This document shows, piece by piece, positions 9,201 to 16,249 of a stretch of 41,154 bases of DNA (positions are counted from its first letter, which is position 1; each line of letters opens with the position of its first letter). The position numbers and the translations under genes were made by a program. This DNA comes from a virus (Duplodnaviria; Caudoviricetes): positions 1 to 41,154 of the IMG/VR virus record IMGVR_UViG_3300014656_006067; one strand, written 5' to 3'. The notes below the pieces were generated by a model. That model was not told the origin of the DNA, searched no databases, and saw only the letters and a list, made by a program, of their open reading frames with translations.

Positions 9201-10685
9201 CGGCACCAGCTCAATCGGCGTTCCCTGGGCCTCTCCCATGGCGATGGGCGTCCCGTCCGGACGCGCCTCGAACGGCACAGGAAGGTTCCGGTTCAGGCCG
9301 CGCAGCAAGTCCGCCGCGCGCTCCCCTTCCGGCCCCACGGGCTGCGGCGTGGCCGCCTGTTCCTGGCCGCTCTCCAGATATCTGGCCCTGGCCGCCTCAC
9401 GTCCGGCCTGATCCAGGTCAAATTCCACAGCGTCCGGATACCCACGCTGCTCGATCCGCGTCAGGTCCAGGGGCACCTCGCGCTCCTGCCCGGCCCGCTC
9501 AAGGAACTGGTCCTGCTGCTTCGGGAAAGCCGCGTCACCGCGCTGGACGAGTTGCTCCTCGCCAAGGGTCAGGGGTTCAGCCTCGGTATCCTCGAGGGGG
9601 ATCAGGTCAACGGGTCGGCCCTGGGGATTGGATTGGGGGGCAATCTGTTCAGTCTGGCCATCGGATTCAGAGCCACCAGCGATCATGGACCCGGCACCAC
9701 CGGTCAAGGCAGCAGGTCCCAAGACGTTCAGGCCGCGTGTCTTTGCGGCGTCCACCATCTTGGTCCACGTCTTCGGATCAAAGTCCCCTGTCTCCAGGTA
9801 GTGCGCGAAGCTCTTTGCATACTCTTCCCACGGCTCCTCAGCGGCCTCGGAAACACCTTCCGTGGCTGCGGACAAGACATGTTTCCCGACCTTGGCCGCC
9901 GCCCCTGTCCCAGCCTTGCCAAGCATGGTCCCGAAGGATGCGGCATTGAGCACCGTTGACCCAAGCCCCATAATCTCGGCGGCTCTTGCGGCCTCTTCCT
10001 CGCCGCCGCCATTGTTGAGAACTTCGCGGTATGTGCTGGCCCCCTCCAATGCGCCGCCGGCAGTACCAGCTCCGACGGCCTGGGCGAACGCCGCCGCCCT
10101 GGCAATGACCTGGGGTGTCAGTTGCAACGCCTTCCCGCCTATCTGGACGGCCTTTCCGGCACCAGCACCGGGGAGCATCGCCGCCGCGAGTGACGGCACC
10201 ATCTGCGCGGTGTTGTAGGCCCACCACGATGGATCACCAAGCAGCCTCGGGTTATCCAAGACGTTTCCCTGAATCCTCTCAGGCGGAGCGAAGGCTTCAC
10301 CCTGCTTGCTGTAGTAGTCGGCCAAGTCCTTTCCGGCCCCGGCCATGCCGTCCGCTCCAAACCTGTTCCCGAGGTATTGGATGCCGGAGCCTACGGATTC
10401 ACCCACAGAAGCGGAACCAGCGGCCAGACCACGGGCTGCATCGGCATAAGGTTGAAAGCTGGCCTTGAGAGAGCCCATATCCCACAGGTCGTCATCCTGC
10501 TTTGGAGCTGCCACAGGTTGAGCGGCCTGGGCCGCTTCCACCCCGGGCATCACGAACCGCTCAACGAAGCTGGGCTTCTCCTCGGGCTGGTCGTCGTCCA
10601 GGGGTACAAGCATGATCTGCCGTCCGGCCGCAGGCACTCTGGGCTGCTCTTCATCCAGGGGGATCAATTCAATCTGCTGGGGCAA
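243..10685 (-). CDS. Giant (3480 aa) polyvalent virion/ejection protein: amino-methyltransferase, EEIQSD domain, HExxxH metallopeptidase-like domain, MuF-C-like domain, PLxRFG-like C-terminal region
   Basis: TTG start with GGAGG RBS at 10691-10695; MTase motifs FFPTP, VLEPSAGKG and IVMNPPF (~6624-7140); LFIEEIQSDWHQ (~5142-5159); WLHEAGLHNG (~4062-4079); VGTTPDVL...PLAVFDS MuF-C-like segment (~2970-3550); NYFPHVRRG; last gene of the late operon. Confidence 0.85.
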   Translation of the reverse strand: MPQQIELIPLDEEQPRVPAAGRQIMLVPLDDDQPEEKPSFVERFVMPGVEAAQAAQPVAAPKQDDDLWDMGSLKASFQPYADAARGLAAGSASVGESVGSGIQYLGNRFGADGMAGAGKDLADYYSKQGEAFAPPERIQGNVLDNPRLLGDPSWWAYNTAQMVPSLAAAMLPGAGAGKAVQIGGKALQLTPQVIARAAAFAQAVGAGTAGGALEGASTYREVLNNGGGEEEAARAAEIMGLGSTVLNAASFGTMLGKAGTGAAAKVGKHVLSAATEGVSEAAEEPWEEYAKSFAHYLETGDFDPKTWTKMVDAAKTRGLNVLGPAALTGGAGSMIAGGSESDGQTEQIAPQSNPQGRPVDLIPLEDTEAEPLTLGEEQLVQRGDAAFPKQQDQFLERAGQEREVPLDLTRIEQRGYPDAVEFDLDQAGREAARARYLESGQEQAATPQPVGPEGERAADLLRGLNRNLPVPFEARPDGTPIAMGEAQGTPIELVPMDEAQPVVADETQAKPVVIGEKPAQQTQEFQSVQVENMPGPDFEQLDGFLRRTPEMVPGRVVDAPMAREQKQENQERLPQEALRPMAQRIVNAENSFITSVMEQFGKSREQAENVLGEFKKAKVVKIDPVGGQYQLKDGRLWEQEVIDRAAGAKVEQTAGAYGIESHDAFVERMRSGEVTPNEIRGTLERAIEQEANIKAELSKLTKDKLLKMMGGITASRYKSERKEIVVRAAYDDMLMDFAMGGGLSFMVTGKASDSRAKALREKVLAYTKDDIKAYAERVQKARDDYAERVRAFKKAQDNPETLQEFKDFVGAQGEGKLTVEQRAKYDALRAEEARRVQQAEVERKGTVSQVRGMDDVDMELVETKHTRDGHDLFVVRLSDRVDKDKYRELLTKAKRLGGYYSRYAKGGAIPGFQFKTRAQADDFMALKEQSVSVAEQQAERKEEKRTKARSKLREAADAMDAKADEALGADRKTNTVKRAREAGYAEEQAQKQKAMAATMRRIADAVESGEAPALAGLTQKVQMERLESLLRRGQFERVRSENLPHEEGREIVAADIEHVKMPVPSIWRENIESLARDLSEMPGGKALAKQVRARISRGSGDSYVFNGTGDEELARKIRDKLKANGVTHQWWTIIETIPDVDRLARMGITKEFQLRDALRQYFSLRKAKAKADPLKAMERDLIGKKIPGFFPTPARIVGRMIEEAGIEPGMKVLEPSAGKGSIADKIREAEPGADLDTVEQNHSLRGILEAKGHRLVGSDFLEHQENYDRIVMNPPFENHQDIEHVRHAYDLLKPGGRIVSIMSSGPFFRSQRADVEFRSWLENIGATYEQLPEGTFKDSDVPTGTSTYMVTIDKSDGDVVESNQKRTDYEDDTRRKETTSPSRGQVEPQGQQGRQDAAQSQAERLRREIVEAAQVEHFFEDGKTVFDSFAFFNKLQEVVESGQMTLDEAMVFVRDTEKRVENLMQDVDEVPFGGSEGDVWIKDKIIEAMDAAAVEGIQRDTAIDEYARVLGALRQGRGLSYKSISENYGRDVARDLRDRFGPGIFKRDGWGADEIAGELGFIDDSGRADGHALIEYLQDKAKTKGQIDEDHPEPSVRFSRRRTSFYSALGRAVESMDFKAMPATALASRIKKTSGIKQEELDDLGLLEWLSTVDGKVTKEQVLAYIEAGGPQLEEVVKREGGNTWRGGAARANRVREALMEFFPGDTRLPNRESALERVELEDRPKINRLYDELDAASDLMMIPPDAMDDTKFSQYQLPGGENYREVLLKLPLTGQAVYDNLAMKMFGKSFKALDFAQSRQVTNARRNSKPYHGQHWVEENVLAHVRLNDRVGADGGKVLFIEEIQSDWHQEGRNKGYNGAGAEILKEYEALAMKNIHAGLTEQEKSRLLELRPLVAGKGAGGVPNAPFKKSWYLLAFKRVLRMAAEQGYDSVAWTPGEVQAERYDLSKQINMASAIANGDGTYNLVVEDKSGNEVSPYSRSGKTVTPQEMEDTIGKDLTAKIIAGADAAKGKPWPKTSPINPAFFTLRGLDLKVGGDGMKGFYDNILPKEVGKYVKKLDKDTKVGTTEVPVVAVGDQAPQEARTRGLDSDYKDVWSVPITDKMRLAVLQGQPLYSRRGQRNTKGISVNDVSQVVDRQQAMSDNAPEIKIIQAMNNLPVHVREEYERRGGGFPESAYDEQTGIVYFIANNIESMDRAYALWLHEAGLHNGVRGLFPSDTHYRNMMDHVYRSAPRNSLREIEKLYGFNPGKVEDRWQAAEEHLARIAEKVRMREVLAPRERNIWQRFVIALQRFMRRIFKGGTLADSDIVDIVLDAVRWTVTGKPTGGARVAYQRATGEAQARPTSTSRFSRSSRKRGPGSSAVPETEWTQDSAGQQVAADMRAWKKQVDEALAGTLPSRQILQVGTTPDVLQKLGAKGLPMAMRQSDLRKIVQTKHDIPAEIIKDLPLHMWQPLAVFDSSTTSNSFAVLTELEHNGEGLVAMVHLDVDDMGNLMMNKVASVHDRSGKDAGSPGWQWVVNQIREGRLRYYDKKRSSRWLKDRSGLQLPGVLQPESYRGKRILTEKDIVKPQGATLFSRSSEAPEMKGGVPTREQDPSFWATVREMKRQGALKPKDIRMLERIFRQPYWIAKEHEKFAPFIKIEQDREAARTDAQLRSWEEVNDHLKALDKDGKKTLSQVIWHIEGKKLKEVEAGKFLKDGVDENGHQKYRTNPKHYEQLFQTLTKHGIPEDVATAVAAVRRTLDRDMLAAYNRLRRMRESHEDAGYIEEYRTMMGQVHNYFPHVRRGTHYVRIFDKKTGETLYREHFSALPTMKKFVGATVMRKALAEVRKNNPDADLSWDWGKNEGLPEDVYGYTIPVDAMEQIINAAIDRQGGDKESRAKVKSLMHEAVSDVLKTRGWSRHTIKRQGIPGHEMNDIAGVLFDYKSGLYGWLTKMDAAKAFTGELYKIDAKKQPRLYGYSARYVQDMLQNADRVDQIVSMVKAGAFVKFLGGNLKTATLNLTQNLVAGVPRLYADTSAKTAAGYFKAAVDDLAAQAKVKTLQSDETKLLEDLYYSGVTADQYMRELQGEMRGVGGVAGAGLRKLNHGLGLPMSMAERYNRCSLALAAYRAARDGKVTAADTLQKAGKKKGEAWGYDEAKSFAEGIVYDSHFMYGKANRPELFRGGTGNKIMSAAYTFRTFSHGLLSLWRHLLTQKGWAGRRAFAMSLAANTALGGLTSLPLYALVVGLIRQLFGEDPAEEAMKLTDNQTMRDIIMYGITAPAGVTISGSLGMELPMFDRVAVDKPIDEQIKGKALELIGVPWALFEDVVDFAGHTAEGKFARATEDLAPAFLANIMKAYRLHSEGAYSASGRPINIPGESGPMKLTTGEAIAQGIGFYPLNRAKSYDLYKTVEELKVYRLNKQDELVREYLEAVREKDGEARAKVLSEWREWNRKMKDDGRPEFMIKPLPELSRRREKANQPSRQMRPRAEKLKSAYGLN

Positions 10686-10694
10686 GGGGACCTC

Positions 10695-12245
10695 CTAACG
10701 GGGCTTGATCTGATAGCGCTTGCCGTCGATCACCACGACGCCGTTCTGGTCGGGCCGGTATTGCTGGCCACCCACGTTCACCATTCCCTGATCGTCGAGC
10801 ATCGGGGCGGCGCTGGGCTGGGGTCCGCGCTTCTGGTTATAGGCCTTGGCCTGCTGTTCGTGGAGCTGCCGGGCGTAGGTATTGGCCGCCTCCGGGGAGT
10901 CGAAAACCCCAAGGTGCCGCCCGGTCTGACGGAACTGCTGCACAGCCTCCTGTCCAGACATCACCCGCCCGTCGTCGCTCACCGTGGGAATCAGAACCTC
11001 TTTGCCATCCACATTGATGCCCATGGACCGCACGGTGCTGATCGAACCGTCCTGATTTTGGACAACCGGCCTGTTGGTCAGGTCAATATTCCCAGGCTGA
11101 AGCATTCCGCCCTGGGCCTGTGCTCTCTGTTCCGGAACTCTGGCCATCTGGCCCTGCTCTCCGAGCCGGAACCGCGCCGAAGGCCCGCCCGCGCTCTGGC
11201 CGGGGCCGGCGGCCGCCGCAGCCGTGTCCTGGCCGATGCCATGAGGGATGAACTTGATACCCAGGGACTGCATGGTCTGCTGGTTGAATGGCTGGGCAAT
11301 GGAATTGCCATATTGGTCAGTCTCGCCGGTCCCGGCATGCAGGCCCCACAAGGCCTTGAACTCGCTGGGGGTCGTGGCCCTGGAGCCGTCCGGGAAGATG
11401 TACAGGCCGCCCATGTTGGGCTCCTTGTCCTGCTTCAATCCCTCGCGCCTGTCCTTCCGGTCCTCCTGCTCACGCATCTTGCGCGTCTGCCATTCCCGGT
11501 CCTCGGCCTTCATCCCACGCTGGAAATTGCGGTCCTCGTGTTTCTCAAGCTGCTTCTGCAGCAATTCGATCTTGCGGTCCGCGCGCTTCAAGGCCTTCTC
11601 CACCTGCGGGTTGCCGTCGAACCTAGAGATGTTATCCCGGTAGCTCCGCAGCATCTGCAACTGCGTGGCCGGGTCCGACAAATACGGCTGGATCTGCGCC
11701 CGCTGTGCCCGTGCACGGTCGGCACCGGCCCCGCCCATCAGCTCCACTTCCTGCAACTTCTCATCCTGCATGCGCATGGCCCGCACGGGGTCGGTGGACA
11801 GAAAGTACATGGCGGACACGTCCGGGGCGTGGCGGCTGAACTCGCCGCGGGTCATGACCGTGCCGTCGGGCTTCACGAACCGCTTGAACGTCTGGCTCTT
11901 GGGGTTGGTGTCCAGCTTCGCGCCGATAAGCTGCTGCGTCTGGTCCAGGAGGTTCGGGCCACGACCCTCCTTCTCCCATGTCGCATGCTCCAGGCTGTGC
12001 GTGTCCGCGTTGGGGATGGCATCCCAGACGGAGAGAGGGGCGTTCAGGTATTCCAACTCCTGCTTGGCCTTCACCGCTCCGAGCTGCTTGGCGGGCATCC
12101 CAAGGGCGCGCTCCGCCATATCCGCGTCCAGACGCTTCTCGGCCAGGCCCATCTCGGCCCTGTTCGCCCGGTCCCGTCCGAGTGCGCCGAACGCCCGCTC
12201 AACGGTGTTGCCGATTCGATTGTATTGATCCGCGACCGACGACAT
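10695..12245 (-). CDS. Putative internal virion/ejection protein (516 aa) with a C-terminal GNIDLxNRP...HLGxF module
   Basis: Start reassigned to ATG 12245 (GGAGG RBS upstream); helical, charged N-terminal half; directly upstream of the giant gene. Confidence 0.7.
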   Translation of the reverse strand: MSSVADQYNRIGNTVERAFGALGRDRANRAEMGLAEKRLDADMAERALGMPAKQLGAVKAKQELEYLNAPLSVWDAIPNADTHSLEHATWEKEGRGPNLLDQTQQLIGAKLDTNPKSQTFKRFVKPDGTVMTRGEFSRHAPDVSAMYFLSTDPVRAMRMQDEKLQEVELMGGAGADRARAQRAQIQPYLSDPATQLQMLRSYRDNISRFDGNPQVEKALKRADRKIELLQKQLEKHEDRNFQRGMKAEDREWQTRKMREQEDRKDRREGLKQDKEPNMGGLYIFPDGSRATTPSEFKALWGLHAGTGETDQYGNSIAQPFNQQTMQSLGIKFIPHGIGQDTAAAAAGPGQSAGGPSARFRLGEQGQMARVPEQRAQAQGGMLQPGNIDLTNRPVVQNQDGSISTVRSMGINVDGKEVLIPTVSDDGRVMSGQEAVQQFRQTGRHLGVFDSPEAANTYARQLHEQQAKAYNQKRGPQPSAAPMLDDQGMVNVGGQQYRPDQNGVVVIDGKRYQIKPR

Positions 12246-12289
12246 GGGTGACCTCCTGGCTTGGGACAAGCGAAGAGAAATGGAGTTGG

Positions 12290-12319
12290 TTGACAAGGCT
12301 TTTCAGAAACATGTAGAAG
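12290..12319 (+). promoter_or_regulatory. Candidate sigma70 promoter for the plus-strand TA-like moron
   Basis: TTGACA at 12290-12295, 18-nt spacer, TAGAAG; an alternative extended -10-like TGTTATATA lies at ~12431-12439. Confidence 0.35.
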
Positions 12320-12458
12320 GGGCGCACAAGGGGGAGATTGTGAGATCAATCACAACCTTGGTTCAGGACTTGCACGACTCGTTCAGGTGGGCAAAAACAG
12401 CACATCTGGCGTTGTTTTTTTGAGCAAGTGTGTTATATAGATCACAAGAGGTGAAATC

Positions 12459-12890
12459 ATGAGCGTCGCAACTTATGATCAATTTAAGCGGGTTGCAGAT
12501 TTGGGGTCTTCTTTGAACCTCACTTTCCTTTCGAGGTATCTTAGGACCTTCTTCTTTCCGCTGACCCTTTTCGCGAGCTTCCTACTGACGTGCTTCGGTC
12601 ATCTTATCTTGACGCAATACGTCAAGCTTGCCCGTGTGCTTTTTGCCTCGTGTAGTGGGCCCTGTGAGGGGGAGGCTTGCCCCATCGATAGGATTAAGAA
12701 CGATCCTATCGTTCTCCGCGCTACCCTTAAGGAAACACTTGATACGACCATCAGTATCAGGTGGGCCGCCCCAATCACTCATCTTCTTTCGCTTCAATAT
12801 GTGATGCTTGATGATCTTGTCGAAGACATCGAGCTCGCCTGTAATGCTGAGTTTCAGTCCCTTACAAATGACCTCGCCGCCGCGCTGTGA
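12459..12890 (+). CDS. Hypothetical protein, candidate atypical antitoxin of the downstream RelE-like toxin
   Basis: GAGGTG RBS before ATG; GTGA overlap with the toxin gene; hydrophobic stretch at aa ~30-52; acidic C-terminus (DDLVEDIE); lower GC than flanks. Confidence 0.6.
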   Translation: MSVATYDQFKRVADLGSSLNLTFLSRYLRTFFFPLTLFASFLLTCFGHLILTQYVKLARVLFASCSGPCEGEACPIDRIKNDPIVLRATLKETLDTTISIRWAAPITHLLSLQYVMLDDLVEDIELACNAEFQSLTNDLAAAL

Positions 12891-13261
12891 TCTCAGTCCG
12901 TGGCCCACTGACTCTCGTCCCAACAGAAGCCTTCGCGGCATCCAAAAAACGCGCCCTTAAGAAGTTCCCTGATTGCAACGGGGATGTGGATGCGTTTGTA
13001 GACGGTCTCTGCCAAAACCCTGATCAGGGTGATGTCTTCCCGAGCTTCCAAAGAATCACCATCCGGAAAGTCAGACTGCCTTTAAAAGCCTACGGTATTG
13101 GGAAAAGCGGCGGGCTCAGACTTCTTTTTTTCGTCTACCCGGACAAAATGAAACTTGTGCCTTTATTCCTCTATGTGAAAGGGCAATTCGCAGACGAAAA
13201 AAAAGTCCGCCAAGCTGCCAACAAAACAATCCAGAACGTGGTCAAGGAATTGAACTCATAG
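12887..13261 (+). CDS. RelE/HigB-like type II toxin (ribosome-dependent mRNase fold)
   Basis: 124 aa, basic; NPDQGD...IRKVRL...GKSGGLRLLFF...LFLYVKG matches the RelE/HigB-2 family pattern. Confidence 0.8.
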   Translation: MISVRGPLTLVPTEAFAASKKRALKKFPDCNGDVDAFVDGLCQNPDQGDVFPSFQRITIRKVRLPLKAYGIGKSGGLRLLFFVYPDKMKLVPLFLYVKGQFADEKKVRQAANKTIQNVVKELNS

Positions 13262-13351
13262 TCCAATCCAAAGAACCCACCCGACCGAGGGGACCACTAG
13301 GCCCCCCCGGTTTCAAACCAACATCCATTCCTATTTGCTTGTCACAGATCC

Positions 13352-13379
13352 CGGCCCTGGTGGGCCGTTTTTGTTTGTT
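13352..13379 (+). terminator. Rho-independent terminator after the TA-like pair
   Basis: CGGCCC-TGGT-GGGCCG hairpin followed by TTTTTGTTTGTT. Confidence 0.7.
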
Positions 13380-13466
13380 GGGGCTAAGGGAAATCGACCG
13401 ACCGATTACCCCTTGCCCGTTATTCCTGATCTCTGCTATCGCTACTCCCAAAAGGAGTTATGCGGC

Positions 13467-14045
13467 ATGAAGAAACTCTTGGTCCTGATCGTTTTCGTTG
13501 TGGTCCTGGCCGGTTGCGCCAGCAAAGGTGCAACACCTTCCAAGGCGGGCACAGCCGAAGTCATCACCCGCGACGGCCAGAAATGGGTCCACGTCCTGAA
13601 CTCCGGCGTTGAGTTCCCGCTGCTCGGGGCGTGGAAGGGTGCACAGATTGAAACCATGCGGGACAAATCTGGCATGAACCTTACCGCCATCGCCGTTATT
13701 TATGGCGAGGTCTCCGAGCATTCTAGGGCTGTTGTGGCCTTTGTCTATCCGCCCAAAACGACCACAGAGAGCTTCGCCAACATGGTCTATTCTGGGGACT
13801 ACAGTGAACAAGAAGCCGGAAAGGCTTTGTGTGACAAGGCTGAGTTGCCGTTCAAAAGCTCCAAGCTTGTCTCCCCAAATGTTTTCAACGCGCAATGCCA
13901 AGGTACAGGATTTGAGTACAGCGGGTATTTGCTCGAAGCATCCAAAGATAAGCAAATCACCATCCTTTATTGGGGCGCTGGATATGCCCACGAAGGTGCC
14001 TACCCGGCCCTGCAAGAGATGATGCGCCAGGTTCAAATCCATTAG
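13467..14045 (+). CDS. Lipoprotein (192 aa), moron; possible superinfection-exclusion protein
   Basis: AGGAG RBS; MKKLLVLIVFVVVLAGC is a classic signal peptide II with LAGC lipobox; opposite strand to the late operon. Confidence 0.8.
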   Translation: MKKLLVLIVFVVVLAGCASKGATPSKAGTAEVITRDGQKWVHVLNSGVEFPLLGAWKGAQIETMRDKSGMNLTAIAVIYGEVSEHSRAVVAFVYPPKTTTESFANMVYSGDYSEQEAGKALCDKAELPFKSSKLVSPNVFNAQCQGTGFEYSGYLLEASKDKQITILYWGAGYAHEGAYPALQEMMRQVQIH

Positions 14046-15577
14046 GCCGTCCTCTCCCGGCGGGACCAGGACCAGGGCTTGCGGTTCCACTGACTGTTCA
14101 CGGGGTCCGTGGCGCAACATTGGCCAATCACCCAGGAAAGGCCTTCGCCCACAAAGCGGATGCCCACGCCGATCAGGTCGACTTTCTTGGTCTTGCCCAT
14201 GGCCCGGCGCACCTCGTTATGCCGGTGCATCCATATCCAACGCCACACTGCGGTCATGATCTTGGACTTCTTCATCCATCGCACCACAGGCCGCGCCCAC
14301 ACATGATATCCGCGCACCGTGGACAGGCCGATGTGCTTGCGCATGTGTCTATAGCCGAGCCTTAAATCGGCGTCGCTCATGAGGCCCTGCTCATGTAACT
14401 CCGTGCAAATGATGGAACCACCATCGTCCGGCCCGTTGTCGGGCCCATTGTCGTTGTTGTTGCTGTAATTCGGTCCATTGAAGCCTGGGTTGTCCGCTTC
14501 TTGCTGCTCAGGGCCAAAGCCCGTGTCGTTTGAAGCGTTGTCGGTGTCGTTGTCCGCATACCCGCCAGCCCCAGGTCCTTCGATTCCGCCCCTGCCTTTG
14601 CCGAAACTGGAATTTCTGGAGTTGAGAGCGTTCAGTGCTTTGTCATGCGCTGTTCTCTCCATCGACATCTGCACACCGGAAGTCACCTTATTCCCTGTCG
14701 AAGTCAGCTTATTCGCTGAAGACATCTCGGCCCTGGTCGCCATGTCCGGGTTGTACCCAAGGGCCTCCAGGGCATCCACATAGGCCGGATCAAACCCGAA
14801 CATATGCTTGCTCTGGCTCCAGGCATCCGTGATCGGGGAGAGCAAACGGGCGGAGAGATCACCATACATCGTGGGTGTTTTCCCAATTTCTGGGGCCAGT
14901 GTCCCTACTTCTGTCGGGTTGGCAAAATCAGTTTCATCTGCCCTGCTCTTCAGCCCATAATCGTGAACGGCCTGCGCCGTCTTATCAGCAATAAATCCAA
15001 GGGTTCTATCCGCCAAGCTCTTCACCCCACCAGCCGCAAGATTCGCCCCAAAGGCGGTGGCAATATCCCCGAAGCTGGCGCTCGGAACGCTGGACATCTG
15101 CATCCCAGTATCAAGGGCGGCCTTGCCAACCGTTGGCGACGCGGTTGCAAAAGCATTCCCAAGGCTCATCTTGCCGCCGCTGGTGACATTGACGCCATCG
15201 GTCACGGACGCCACTCTCCCGGAATCCCTACTACTCTCAACATTGCTGTTGCTGCTTCCCAGGCCTCCAGGGGCCGCGCCGGTGCCCATGGGCCCCTTGC
15301 CGCCGCCCACGTTCACAGGGCCGGGGCTGTCCACAACGGTGCCCACGCCATAGTCCTTGGTCGGCCCCAGGGCGTCGATGGCCGCCACGGCCGTTCCACT
15401 CCCGCCGATTCCTGCGCCCAGGCTGGGCAACTGCCCCTGCATCAATGCCCGCTTGGCCGTGGTCACGGGCAACAATCCGCCGATCTTCCGGCCCGTGGCC
15501 CCGCTGGCCTGCGGGTTGGGAAGAGCGAAGCCAGTGTTGAAATGCCGGGCGATGGGTGAGTTTCCGAATGCTGCCAT
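14042..15577 (-). CDS. Gly/Ala/Ser-rich putative ejection protein with C-terminal IICTEL...GYHxWAxPxV domain
   Basis: 511 aa, AGGAGAG RBS; low-complexity body, N/D/G linker, compact basic C-terminal domain. Confidence 0.7.
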   Translation of the reverse strand: MAAFGNSPIARHFNTGFALPNPQASGATGRKIGGLLPVTTAKRALMQGQLPSLGAGIGGSGTAVAAIDALGPTKDYGVGTVVDSPGPVNVGGGKGPMGTGAAPGGLGSSNSNVESSRDSGRVASVTDGVNVTSGGKMSLGNAFATASPTVGKAALDTGMQMSSVPSASFGDIATAFGANLAAGGVKSLADRTLGFIADKTAQAVHDYGLKSRADETDFANPTEVGTLAPEIGKTPTMYGDLSARLLSPITDAWSQSKHMFGFDPAYVDALEALGYNPDMATRAEMSSANKLTSTGNKVTSGVQMSMERTAHDKALNALNSRNSSFGKGRGGIEGPGAGGYADNDTDNASNDTGFGPEQQEADNPGFNGPNYSNNNDNGPDNGPDDGGSIICTELHEQGLMSDADLRLGYRHMRKHIGLSTVRGYHVWARPVVRWMKKSKIMTAVWRWIWMHRHNEVRRAMGKTKKVDLIGVGIRFVGEGLSWVIGQCCATDPVNSQWNRKPWSWSRRERTA

Positions 15578-15589
15578 GGTTATCTCTCC

Positions 15590-16249
15590 TTAGAAGAAGC
15601 TGAAGGCCGCGCCGACACCGCCGCCGGTGATGGCGTTCAGGGCCGAGCTGTAAAAGTCACTCGCCGGGTTCATAAAGGCGTCGGTGAGCACCGCCGCCCC
15701 GGCCCCGCCCAGGGCCCCCGTCACCCAATCATTGTCCTTGGAGCCGGTCAGGGTCTTGGCGAGCTGCGCCCCCAGCGGCGCGTTGAACGCCCCCAGGTAG
15801 CTGCCCTTGTCGGTCAGGGCCTTGGTCCAGGAGTCGGTGTCGCTCATCGTTGCCGATGGGTCGTTGAAAAAGTCGCCCAGGCCCGCCTTAGCCGCGTCCT
15901 CGGTGCCACCGATCAGGGCGTTTTTGGCCGCGTCCGTGCCCACCTTCTCGGCCTGGGGCGTCTCGGAGTTCAGATAGCTGCCCAGGCCCGTGCCCATCTC
16001 GGTGCTCAGCCCGGCGATGGACAGCTTGCGCGAAGCTGCGGCCTGCTCCTTGTCGGCCTCCAGGGCCTCACGGGCATTGTCCGCACTCTGTTCCAGGCCC
16101 TGCTCCTGCAAGGCCAGGCTCCTAGCCTGTGCATCGCGGGCATCCTTGTTCGCATAGGCGGAGAGCAGATAGGGGGCCTTGGTCTCAACCTCTTCCTTGC
16201 GTCCGTCCCTGCGTTTGCGGCCCGTCACGCCGGCGATCTGTGTAATCAT
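15590..16249 (-). CDS. Putative ejection/DNA-transfer protein (Gly/Ala-rich hydrophobic segments)
   Basis: 219 aa; GGAGG RBS and ATGA coupling; GALGGAGAAV and GGGVGAAF segments. Confidence 0.6.
   Translation of the reverse strand: MITQIAGVTGRKRRDGRKEEVETKAPYLLSAYANKDARDAQARSLALQEQGLEQSADNAREALEADKEQAAASRKLSIAGLSTEMGTGLGSYLNSETPQAEKVGTDAAKNALIGGTEDAAKAGLGDFFNDPSATMSDTDSWTKALTDKGSYLGAFNAPLGAQLAKTLTGSKDNDWVTGALGGAGAAVLTDAFMNPASDFYSSALNAITGGGVGAAFSFF

Noticed and set aside
243-10685. N4-like virion RNA polymerase (similar ~3500-aa size, N4-type capsid in the same genome)
   Set aside because: No T7/N4-type RNAP catalytic motifs found by eye; the recognisable motifs are MTase, peptidase-like and MuF-C-like
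99-12251. Long plus-strand ORFs (e.g. 99-1031, 1116-2720, 6141-7427, 8619-9959, 10377-12251)
   Set aside because: Antisense shadows of high-GC minus-strand genes; no RBS or protein-family motifs
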